From assembly GCA_950097015.1 (NCBI GenBank), contig CATNEN010000003.1:310001-374000 (forward strand): a stretch of 64,000 nt of DNA. Reading direction: 5' to 3'. Shown piece after piece: positions 52,488-64,000 of this stretch. A model generated the notes under the pieces. The model did not search any database and was not told the DNA's origin. It worked only from the letters and a program-made list of their open reading frames with translations. This DNA is from Macrostomum hystrix (Eukaryota; Animalia; Platyhelminthes). Within the stretch, counting starts at the first letter, position 1; the number at the start of each line of letters is the position of its first letter. The position numbers and the translations under genes were made by a program.

Positions 52488-53757
52488 GCAGGCTCTGCAA
52501 GTTGAATTCCAAGCAGCAAAGCGGAGTCTTCAGCTCTTCCAGCTTCGCTGCTGGCATAAAAAGCGACTGGCCCGCTATTTTCTATTCGGAGCGCTCACTG
52601 CACTGGCGCTCATCTTGTTGCTTCGGCTGGTATCTCGGCAGCCTTCAAACAGAGACAGCAGCTTCCTGGATGCTACTCCGGAAGCGGCTAACTCTGCAGA
52701 TGCAGTTGCAGAGCCGACCTTCAAGGCCTTCAAAGCAGCCAACGAAGCTCCATGGGCAGCCAAGCGTCCAGCTGAGGAGGCGCAGCTTCTGATTCCCAAG
52801 AAAATTCATCACTACTTTGGCAACGCAACTGGGATTCCAGTCAGGCTGGTGCAAGAGATCCACAGCTGGGCTGTTGTACATCCGGAGTTCGAGATTCACT
52901 ACTGGGACGCGACCAGCGTGGAAAGCAGTCTGCTGAGTAGGCCAGAGTACGCCAGGTTCAATAAGTAAGTTATTCGGCTCAGGAGGATGTCGACTCACAA
53001 GCACAAGTAAGTTGCTCGAATTTCAGTCTGTTTATTCCGCAGGTACTACTGGAATGGCACACAGAGCCGCAAGGAGCGAGACCTGATCGCCCGTCTGATC
53101 ATTCTGCACAGCGTTGGCGGCCTCCTGCCAGAGCTGAACATGCGCTCCCTGAGAAACGTCACCACCTATCTGCTGGACATGAGCTGCATCGTAGCGCAGG
53201 ACCGCAACGAGAAGGCTGCGTTCTCATTCGACTTTGAGTCCCTGCCTAGCTTGGCCTTTCTGGCCTGCAAGCCGGGGCACCACTTTGTTGGCTACTTTCT
53301 ACGCAAAGTAACGGAGGTGGCACTGCGCACTGGCGCGGTGGTATTACAGGTGGACACCCCTGTGTTCCTGCTGCATGCCTACAATGCGGCGGTGGCGGCC
53401 TACGACGAAGAATGCTCAACTAAAGCCGAATGCATCTATCGCGACCGAGTCTCCCTGGCTGATCCCCAGGTCTTCATGCCGGTGATGGAGCCGCAGCTGT
53501 TTGAAAGCCTGGTTTACAACTGCCGGTACAGGGCCAAGCTGGAGTTCCTAAGAAAGGAGGCCTGCTACAACCTGGACGCGAATGGCAACGAGCCGAGCGA
53601 CGTTTCGCTCGCAATGCCAGTCTACCTGCCTAGTTGGGCGCCGAACAAAGACCAGCCACTGCTGCCGCTGACAAAGATTGGACCGGCTTCGGCTCGGGCA
53701 ATGGCAACGAGTCGAAAGCCCAGGAAGCACTGGAGATTTCCCGGTGGCGAGCCGTGA
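52486..53757 (+). CDS. Type II membrane glycosyltransferase-like protein (GT32/Gly_transf_sug fold). Exons 52486-52964 and 53043-53757
   Basis: Basic cytosolic tail, TM (YFLFGALTALALILLLRLV), stem, IPKKIHHYF..W..HPEFEIHYWD and ERDLIARLIILHSVGGLLPELN. Phase-2 GT-AG intron. Confidence 0.75.
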
Positions 53758-54174
53758 TTAACAGCATTCAAATCGTTTTTACCTTTTGGATATAACAATC
53801 TGTCAACAGAAAATCAGCACGTAACCTTTTAACGAGTGGACTGAATTTCATATAATCAACTAGATTTTGCTTTGATTTTTAAGTAAATACTTCGAGTAGA
53901 TTAAGAAAGAGCTTATTCATATTTTATTTTCACACGTTGGTGTGAAAATACAATTTTTTAAATAGTGATCCAGCTCAAATATTGTGTTCATTTTACTCTG
54001 GATACATAGGCTAACGACCAATTCAAAGACGTGCGCCAAACATGCAAATAAAAATGGCCATAGACGATTGAGAATAGAAAGAGCTCAATGCCTATAGAGT
54101 TAGAACAACCCTGCGTCGAGTAACTGTTATATGAAACTGCTTTGCTAAAAGCAGCTGGCACTAAGACTAAAATA

Positions 54175-57100
54175 ATGGCGTTTTCAGACTCGGAACTCAG
54201 CGCTGAAAACTTTGACGCACTAGAGAACAGCGATCGAGGTAAGAATTCAATCTCTTATTTATGGAATCAAGAAAATGGCGCTCTATTGGAAAAGGTTAAC
54301 GCCGATGAATAATAACTAATGATGATTACAGTATGAATTCTTTTCTGCCTATGCAGACCCCGAAGCTGAGGTTCGCCAGCACCTGAAGTTGCTGTTTGAA
54401 TCCACAGCTGCTAGTGAAGCTGAGACCAGAACTGCGCGAGAATGCCCGGAGCAGCAGATGCTGCTGAAATTTCTACTCGACAGCAAAAGCAACTTACTGA
54501 ATCAGAGCTCTAGCGAGGAATACATGCGGAAGAAGCTGCCATATCTCTACAGTAGCAGGGGCTCTAATGCAGTGAGTCGTGAGAGCGATCCTCAAGCTGA
54601 CGCCATAAATACTACAAGCAGCGACTCAGATAAACAGAAACCGGAATCAGTAAATACTCGCATTTTTTCTAATATAATATAATTTTATAATTTTCTAAGC
54701 TAATTTTTTCTAATATTTTTTTTGTGATGAAATATAGTAGGTCATTGAATTTTATCAGAAAATTTTTGAGTCACTCGAATGCTTAATTCTCAGGATTTCA
54801 GTGCAGCGTCCGAAGACACAAAAAACCGCACAAAGCTTCGAAGCGCTGCCACCGCGCTACACAATGGCGCTGCCAGCGAGCTTTCAAAGAAGGAAAAGTC
54901 CACGGTTTTCCCTAAAGAGACAGTTGAATCTCAGGAAGACACAGGGGGCGTTGAAAGCCCTAAAGGCAGCCCTGGTGTTGGCAGCACTTTTAGCCTCCAA
55001 TACAACCCAGCGAATTTCAGCTTAAAAAACGAGCAGCTGGCACTTAAGCCTTTGGATCGAAACACGGCTTCGCAAAAATCAAACTTGCTGGTCTGGCATC
55101 GGTACACGGAGATTCCCTTCGATATTTCATCCAGTGAGTTCACAGTGAGGACGCCGGTACTGCCGCTGGTGCAAGGCGGTCATCTCGCGTTTCTCGTCAG
55201 CAAGTGTGACCAGAAGACCGTTAACTATTCAGTGAAGATCATCAAGAAAGCTAGTATCAAAAAGTTAGGCTCTGTGCGGAATAAGCATCGACAATCCTTA
55301 ACTGGTCAGATGGGGATCATAACCAAGGACGAGTTTCTGGTGCTAAAAAAACTCTCGCATCCGTTCGTGGCCAAGATGCTGTACTTTTGCGAGAACCCGT
55401 CTCTCTACTACTATTTCTTTCCTCGGTATTGCTTGGTCAATCTAAGTAGCCACTTCAGCTTGGTAAGAAACATGTTTTTGTATATGTTTCTCTGTTTTAA
55501 CAGTAGGCCGCCACAGCCACCAAAATTTCTACCCCAGCTGATGCTAGTGCTAGAGGACATTGTATCTATCTCAAGGACATAAATTCGATTCCGCGACGAG
55601 GCCACATTCATTTAGGGCGCAGCCGCAAGAGAAGGCTTGCGGGCTTGGGTTGTCGTACGCCTTTGAGGGCCAACCTGTAAAGCACAGTGAAAGTGTACAC
55701 ACTTGCCTGATGATGAGAGAGTCAATGCAGATGTACACCCTTGCGTACGGTATCTTTGTGCGTGTGTGCTCAGGAGCCAGCGAAATTGTTGGGCAGAATT
55801 GCACCCTCGCTGGCTGCGGGTCAAATGATGTGCCCTTGCTAGCAGCCATCCTGCAAATATTATTTTTATTATTCAGCTGTGTGAGTGAAAAAAATTGTAC
55901 ATTAGCCTCGGCGTTTAGGGACAGGAATGTTAATATAAGAACAAAAAATCCTTACCCGTTGCCTAAATTTCATCAGTACATGCGCCTCGATGTTGAAGTG
56001 TGTGTCTATGTCACGTGCTGCATCATAAATGCCGTGGAGTATCTGTTTCGCAACTTCATAGTCCACCGGGACATTTCAACCAAGAGTGTCTTGTTCAACA
56101 GCAACTGCAAGCCTGTACTCTTCCACTTTGACTACGCCACCTTTTACGGCACGCTGCTCAGCTCGGAGGCCCGCATGACATTCCTGCCAGAGCTGAGCAG
56201 TCGCGCGCCAGAGGTGATTAGTCCGGAGATTTTCGACGCCTGCGACCCAGAACACTACGTCAACTGCGATATTTGGGGCATCGGTGTGCTGCTGGGTGAG
56301 TTTTCAAGCTCCTTCAATTGAAACCATCTTTAGTTAGAACTAGCAAGTTTTGCCCCCCTTCGGGGAGCAGAAATACTTTTTAGCAGCTGAATTTACAGCT
56401 TTTTAAAGCTACAATGAACCCCCAGTTGACAATGATCCCCCAGTTGACAATGATCCCCCAGTTGACAATGAACCCCCAGTTGACAATGAACCCCCAGTTG
56501 ACAATGATCCCCCAGTTGACAATGATCCCCCAGTTGACAATGATCCCCCAGTTGACAATGATCCCACAGTTGACAATGATCCCCCAGTTGACAAAGATCC
56601 CCAGTTCACAATGATCCCCCAGTTGATGATGATCCCCCAGTTGATGATGATCCCCCAGTTGAAAATGATCCCCCATGCAGTTGACAATAATCCCCCAGTT
56701 GACAATGATCCCCCAGTTGACAATGATCCCCAAGTTAACAAAGATCCCCCAGTTCACAATGATCCCCTAGTTGATGATGACTCCCCATTGATGATGATCC
56801 CCAGTTAACAATGTTCCTCCAGTTGACAATGTTCCCCCAGTTGACAATGATCCCCCAGTTGATGATGATCACCCAGTTGACAATGATCCCCCAGTTGACA
56901 AAGATCCCCCAGTTGACAATGATCCCCCAGTTGACAATGATCCCGCCCGTTGACAATGATCCCACAGTTGACAATGATCCCCCAGTTCACAATGATCCCC
57001 CAGTTGATGATGATCCCCCAGTTGATGATGATCCCCCAGTTGAAAATGATCCCCCAGTTGACAATGATCCCCCAGTTGACAATGATCCCCCAGTTGACAA

Positions 57101-60100
57101 TGATCCCCCAGTTAACAAAGATCCCCCAGTTCACAATGATCCCCCAGTTGATGATGACTCCCCATTGATGATGATCCCCAGTTAACAATTTTCCTCCAGT
57201 TGACAATGTTCCCCCAGTTGACAATGATCCCCCAGTTGATGATGATCACCCAGTTGACAATGATCCCCCAGTTGACAATGATCCCCCAGTTGACAATGAT
57301 TCCCCAGTTGACAATGATCCCGCCCGTTGACAATGATCCCACAGTTGACAATGAACCCCCAGTTGACAATGATCCGCCAGTTGATGATGATCCCCCAGTT
57401 GACAATGATCACCCAGTTGACAATGATCCCCCAGTTAACAATGAACCCCAGTTGACAACGATCCCCCAGTTGACAATGATCCCCAGTTAACAATGATCCC
57501 CCCCGTTGACAATGATCCCACAGTTGACAATGATCCCCCAGTTGATGATGATCACCCAGTTGACAATGAACCCCCAGTTGACAATGATCCCCCAGTTGAC
57601 AATGATCCCCCAGTTGACAATGATCCCGCCCGTTGACAATGATCCCACAGTTGACAATGATCCCCCAGTTCACAATGATCCCCCAGTTAATGATGATCCC
57701 CCAGTTGATGATGATCCCCCAGTTGAAAATGATCCCCCAGTTGACAATGATCCCCCAGTTGACAATGATCCCCCAGTTGACAATGATCCCCAAGTTAACA
57801 AAGATCCCCCAGTTCACAATGATCCCCCAGTTGATGATGACTCCCCATTGATGATGATCCCCAGTTAACAATTTTCCTCCAGTTGACAATGTTCCCCCAG
57901 TTGACAATGATCCCCCAGTTGATGATGATCACCCAGTTGACAATGATCCCCCAGTTGACAATGATCCCCCAGTTGACAATGATTCCCCAGTTGACAATGA
58001 TCCCGCCCGTTGACAATGATCCCACAGTTGACAATGAACCCCCAGTTGACAATGATCCGCCAGTTGATGATGATCCCCCAGTTGATGATGATCCCCCAGT
58101 TGACAATGATCCCCCAGTTAACAATGAACCACGTTGACAACGATCCCCCAGTTGACAATGACCACCCAGTTCACAATGATCCCCCAGTTGATGATGATCC
58201 CCCAGTTGATGATGATCCCCCAGTTGAAAATGATCCCCCAGTTGACAATGATCCCCCAGTTGACAATGATCCCCCAGTTGACAATGATCCCCAAGTTAAC
58301 AAAGATCCCCCAGTTCACAATGATCCCCCAGTTGATGATGACTCCCCATTGATGATGATCCCCAGTTAACAATTTTCCTCCAGTTGACAATGTTCCCCCA
58401 GTTGACAATGATCCCCCAGTTGATGATGATCACCCAGTTGACAATGATCCCCCAGTTGACAATGATCCCCCAGTTGACAATGATCCCCCAGTTGACAATG
58501 ATCCCCCAGTTGACAATGATTCCCCAGTTGACAATGATCCCGCCCGTTGACAATGATCCCACAGTTGACAATGAACCCCCAGTTGACAATGATCCGCCAG
58601 TTGATGATGATCCCCCAGTTGATGATGATCCCCCAGTTGACAATGATCCCCCAGTTAACAATGAACCACGTTGACAACGATCCCCCAGTTGACAATGATC
58701 ACCCAGTTGACAATGATCCCGCCCGTTGACAATGATCCCACAGTTGACAATGAACCCCCAGTTGACAATGAACCCCCAGTTGACAATGAACCCCCAGTTG
58801 ACAATGATCCCCCAGTTGACAATGATCCCCCCAGTTGACAATGATCCCCCAGTTGACAATGAACCCCCAGTTGACAATGATCCCCCAGTTGACAATGATC
58901 CCACAGTTGACAATGATCCCCCAGTTGACAATGATCCCCCAGTTCACAATGATCCCCCAGTTGATGATGATCCCCCAGTTGACAATGATCCCCCAGTTGA
59001 CAATTATCCCCCAGTTTATCATGATACCCCAGTTGACGATTATCCCCCAGTTGACCATTACCCCCTAGTTGATTCAAACTTGGTTTTGGTTTAGCCATGA
59101 TTCAAACTCTGGTTTAGCCATGATTCAAATTCTGGTTTAGCCATGATTCAAACGCTGGTTTTGACATGATTCAAACTCTGGTTTAGCCATGATTCAAACG
59201 CTGGGTTAGCCATGATTGAAACTCTGGTTTAGCCAAGATTCAAACTCTGGTTGGCTATGATTCAAACTCTGGTTTAGCCATGATTCAAACTCTGTTTTAG
59301 CCATGATTCAAACTCTGTTTTAGCCATGATTCAAACTCTGGTTTAGCCATGATTCAGACGCTAGTTTAGCCATGCTGATGATGATGGTTTAGCCATGATT
59401 CAGACTCTGGTTTAGCCATGATTCAAACTCTGGTGTAGCTATTATTCAAACTCTGGTTTAGCCATGATTCAAACTCTGGTGTAGCTATTATTCAAACTCT
59501 GATTTAGCCATGATTCAAACTCTAGTTTAGCCATGCTGATGATGATGGTTTAGCCATGATTCAAACTCTGGTTTAGCCATGCTGATGATGATGGTTTAGC
59601 CATGATTCAAAGCCTGGTGTAGCCATGATTTAGTCTCTGGTTTAGCCATGATTCAAACTCTGGTTTAGCCATGATTCAGACGCTGGTTTAGCCATGATTC
59701 AGACGCTGGTTTAGCCATGATTTAGTCTCTGGTTTAGCCATGATTCAAACTCTGCTTTAGCCATGATTCAGACGCTGGTTTAGCCATGATTCAGACTCTA
59801 GTTTAGCCATGATTCAGACTCTTGTTTAGCCATGATTCAGACTCTGGTTTAGCCATGATTCAGACTCTATTTTAGCCATGATTCAGACTCTGGTTTAGCC
59901 ATGATTCAGACTCTATTTTAGCCATGATTCAGACTATGGTTTAGCCATGATTCAGACTCCAGTTTTGCCATGATTCAGACTCTGGTTTAGCCATGATTCA
60001 GACTCTAGTTTAGCCATGATTCAGACTCTGGTTTAGCCATGATTCAGACTCTATTTTAGCCATGATTCAGACTATGGTTTAGCCATGATTCAGACTCCAG

Positions 60101-62021
60101 TTTTGCCATGATTCAGACTCTGGTTTAGCCATGATTCAGACTCTAGTTTAGCCATGATTCAGACTCTGGTTTAGCCATGATTCAGACTCTAGTTTAGCCA
60201 TGATTCAAGATCTGGTTTAGCCATGATTCAAACTCTGGTTTAGCCATGATTCAAACTCTGGTTTAGCCATGATTGAAACTCTATTTTTGCAATGATTCAA
60301 ACTCAGGTGTGCTATGATTTATGATATTTTATTTACGAAATGAAAAAAATAAATTAAAATAGTCTTCAATCACTACTGGCTGAAAATTAGTCTAAAATGA
60401 TTTGACGCAGTGCAGAATCGAACCCTAGCCTAGCCTATAACCTATTCCTAGTGCCTACACATAGGCTATTCCGACTGTTGGTTAGTGGGTGCAAAAATCA
60501 GCCTTATAAAATGAATTCTCAAAGTTCTGGCTTTGTACAATGAAGTGAGAAAATAGAGTACACTCAGTTTCGCGGTTGGTTGTGTACATTTATTTCCAAT
60601 TTGTCTCCAGAGTGCAGGCTTCAAATTCAATCAGCTAGGGGTTGTTGCGCAATTTTACGATGCAATTCTAATTCAGTGGCAGTGAGTAAAATTCTCAAAA
60701 GGCCAAGATGGTTTGACCTTTGAAAAATCATGTTTTTCGAATATTTAATCCCTTTAGCAATAAAGTTAAGCTTAATAAAAATACGTGTATAATTGTCCCC
60801 ATATTTGGCATCTTTTGGTGAAGAAATGGTGAAAATCGGTTGAGCCGTTCGGGAGAAAATCAATTACAACCAACCAACCAACCAACCAACCAAGCATTTC
60901 ATTTTTAGTATAGTGGAGGAAGGACGTTGCCGACTGATCGACACATTTCAAATAGAGTGGAAGGACGTTGCCGACTGATCGACACATTTCAAATAGAAGT
61001 ACACATTAACAGTAGAACGAGCACGGAGGAATTTCAAATAACCCATATTTTTCTTTTTTCTTTTCTGAATCTCCTAAAATTTCATAATGTATTCATATCG
61101 AATATTATTGTTACCTCAATTGGATTGATTAAAGAGTTTTTTGCTTTTTTAAACTAAACATGGATTCGCCATAAAAGTTTATACTAAGCAAAAACAATGT
61201 TACTTGTTCTTGTCACGAGGCTCTTTGACAAGAATCGCTGAATATCCCGACGATGCTAACTTGGGCGGCTCTGAAAGCTAGTTCATCGTAAAGGGCGTAA
61301 AATTTTGATTCAGAAGGCGGACCTTTGCGAAAATCGATCATTCGGTTTGGGAGCTATCGTGAAGCAGGCAATGGATATTCGAAATTCCCCCGTGGTCCCC
61401 AGGGGAAAAATAGCGTCCGTCGATCTACTGCTAACAGTAGTTGACCGCTTACTTGTCACAACTGTCCGTTTTTTGCATTCGTGGAAGTTCACGTGCACTC
61501 TCACCTGGGCTAATATGTCAAATCCTTCACACGGTGCACACCATTTGTGAGGCTCGCAGATCTAGACATCAGAAGCTCAAAGCATTTTCTATTTGTAATT
61601 TGTCAACTATCTAGCTTGCAAGCTACATGCTTGAGTAGTCTCAAGCTTGGAAAAAACCTAATAAACTTTTTAATGATGCAGTCAATCAGTAACAGCGATT
61701 AACTTTCCAGGCGAGCTGCTTCTCAACACCCTCGTGATGATGCGCGCTCTTAAAAGGAAGCTGGATCTGCACTGGGTGTTCTCTGTGCGTGAAGGCGGAG
61801 CTGAAAACTTTGTGACCGCCAGATCAAAAGCTCCCCTGCCCACAGACCTGATGGAGCTGCTGCGAATGTGTCTGCGCAAGTACCCGCATGACAGACCGTC
61901 CATTCACTCTCTCATGCTGAATCCAGTGTTTGGCAAGTACGGCATAACCAGTGTCCACAATATTCACTGCAAAACGTCACCACTGATGAATGATTTCAGT
62001 CGATTGCTGAGCCTGAACTAG
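54175..62021 (+). CDS. Divergent protein kinase-fold protein (probable pseudokinase). Exons 54175-54238, 54357-54649, 54794-55462, 55977-56295, 61711-62021
   Basis: Junctions keep frame. YSVKII, KDEFLVLKKLSHPFV, IVHRDI, RAPEV, CDIWGIGVLLGELL, LLRMCLRKYPHDRPSI. Confidence 0.8.
56410..59072. repeat. 18-bp minisatellite (cagttgacaatgatcccc) with duplicated variant blocks
   Basis: Tandem copies; source of the MIPQLT, VNWGII and STGGSL ORFs. Confidence 0.97.
59070..60320. repeat. 23-bp minisatellite (ttagccatgattca[a/g]actctggt)
   Basis: Tandem copies directly following the 18-mer array. Confidence 0.97.
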
Positions 62022-62666
62022 AAAACTCGCCTAGACAAATAGACTATGTTATAAAACTACGAGTAATAACCTCGTTGGCAGTTAAAAGCATGCGCATTTT
62101 CCATGTCAATTGAAACAACAGACAAATTAAATCAACAAACTTATCCAATATGCGAATAATTAACGTATTTGATTGCGTTAATTTTTTGATGTTATAGAAA
62201 TTTGAGCTGTTCCTTAAATATGAAAAAAAGTTGGCTGCTTTAAACAATTCATCGATCACGATCATTATGTACCTTGGTTTGACGATCGCCATTCAACCAA
62301 TGTTTTAATTTAGTGCGCGTGTTCTCAACAGCTGGGCCAAGAGCGAGTACTTGAATGTGTACTTATCAGAGTGCACATTAGTATGTGGGAGTTCTGCACA
62401 AGTGTCAGTCTGTATTCGATGACAATATCGAATGTGACTGTTTAGGGAAAGCCTAAACGGTAGATATCGGAAAAAATAAATAAGACAAGAGCGGCATTTC
62501 AGAATGCGTTTCCAATCAATCAATCAGCCAGTGTACTCCGGAGCTATTTGCTGCAACTGCTCAATTGTATTTCAATCGATCCAGGTCACACAGGGAGAAC
62601 AGACAGCAGGCCAGACCAGCAAGTCAATATATCTGGTGCTCTCGTTCACTGCGACAGAGAATGAGT

Positions 62667-63215
<549 letters not shown>

Positions 63216-64000
63216 ATCTGAGAATTCACCTCAGCTGAAACCGTTAAAGTTGGGTGATGAGAAATTTTCTTCCTGTGTAATAAAAAAGTACAGTGGCGAC
63301 CATCTGCGAAGTATTAAGGGACTAAAATCTCCCAAGGTAAGACAAGTTAAAGGCCAGTGGTTAGACTACTTATCAGTAGAGTCACGGGAGAAATTAGACA
63401 GAGTGGAGTAGGTAATAAAAGGGCTCAGGGGCCAGAATTAGGAGCTTCAAAGTCCGGTGCCTGTTCTAGGGGAACCATGACGCCATGAACCATGAACTAT
63501 GTTGAGTTGATGCTGATTTGGGGATCTATTTAGTAGAAAAAACTTAATGGACTTACTTGTATACTTGTTTACTCTAGAAAAGAAATAACAAAGTCCACAA
63601 ATTTAAAAGTTCACAGAGCTTTGCTTATTTTATATTTTAAAACCGATGGTTACTATTGCTTGCGATTTCTCATAGCAATACTTGTCTGCTAGTAAATGAT
63701 ATAACAAATTTTCAATTTCCCACGAACTACATCAGTCTGAAGTATAACTATTTGGAGCATTAATTTCCACACATTTTGATGCTACATAACTATTATCTTT
63801 TTTAGTTGGATAAAAATGCCTTCCGAGAAGTGACCTCAGCTGCTAGGTCTACTCAATGTGCTGCTGCTGCTGCTGCCGCTGCTGCACAGGCTGTCGAGGT
63901 GTTCCCGGCTTAGTGGGCAGGAAGGCTCTGTTGAGCACGGCGGCTCGCTGCTCAAGTAATTCAACTGAGCTAAAATGTGTCAGGAAGGCTCTGGGTACAG

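Larger units (their letters stand above)
56339..60913 (+). mobile_element. Non-autonomous Helitron/Helentron-like element with internal satellite arrays, in the kinase intron
   Basis: 5' actagcaagttttgccccccttcggggagc; near the 3' end aaatcggttgagccgttcggga, a (caac)n microsatellite and tttcatttttagtatag. This resembles the DINE/HINE/Lep1 architecture. Confidence 0.5.

Noticed and set aside
56380-59098. Many overlapping repeat ORFs (VNWGII, MIPQLT, STGGSL)
   Set aside because: 18-bp intronic minisatellite with frequent frame-breaking indels.

Overview
Eukaryotic (animal) genomic DNA with GT-AG introns, many minisatellites and GC-rich exons. It looks like a free-living flatworm such as Macrostomum, but that is inference only. 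Plus-strand genes: GLMP (5' exon not seen), RNASEK, a 37-aa OST4 missing from the ORF track, a 7-exon RBBP6, an FKBP4/5-type immunophilin, an intronless prohormone with 12 non-amidated F-x(4-5)-DRF peptides, a GT32-fold glycosyltransferase lacking DxD, and a 5-exon pseudokinase. RPS14 is on the minus strand. Mobile and repeat DNA: a decayed hAT transposase, a TIR-bounded mariner, tRNA-derived SINEs, a Helentron-like element carrying internal satellites, an indel-free 8.5-kb 28-bp satellite with higher-order structure, and purine-rich arrays. The two most notable items are (1) a type I hammerhead ribozyme on the minus strand (about 46253-46307) lying between tRNA-like Pol III A and B boxes and a T6 terminator, inside a 328-bp direct-repeat-bounded retrozyme-like unit, and (2) the DRF multi-peptide precursor at 32603-33109.
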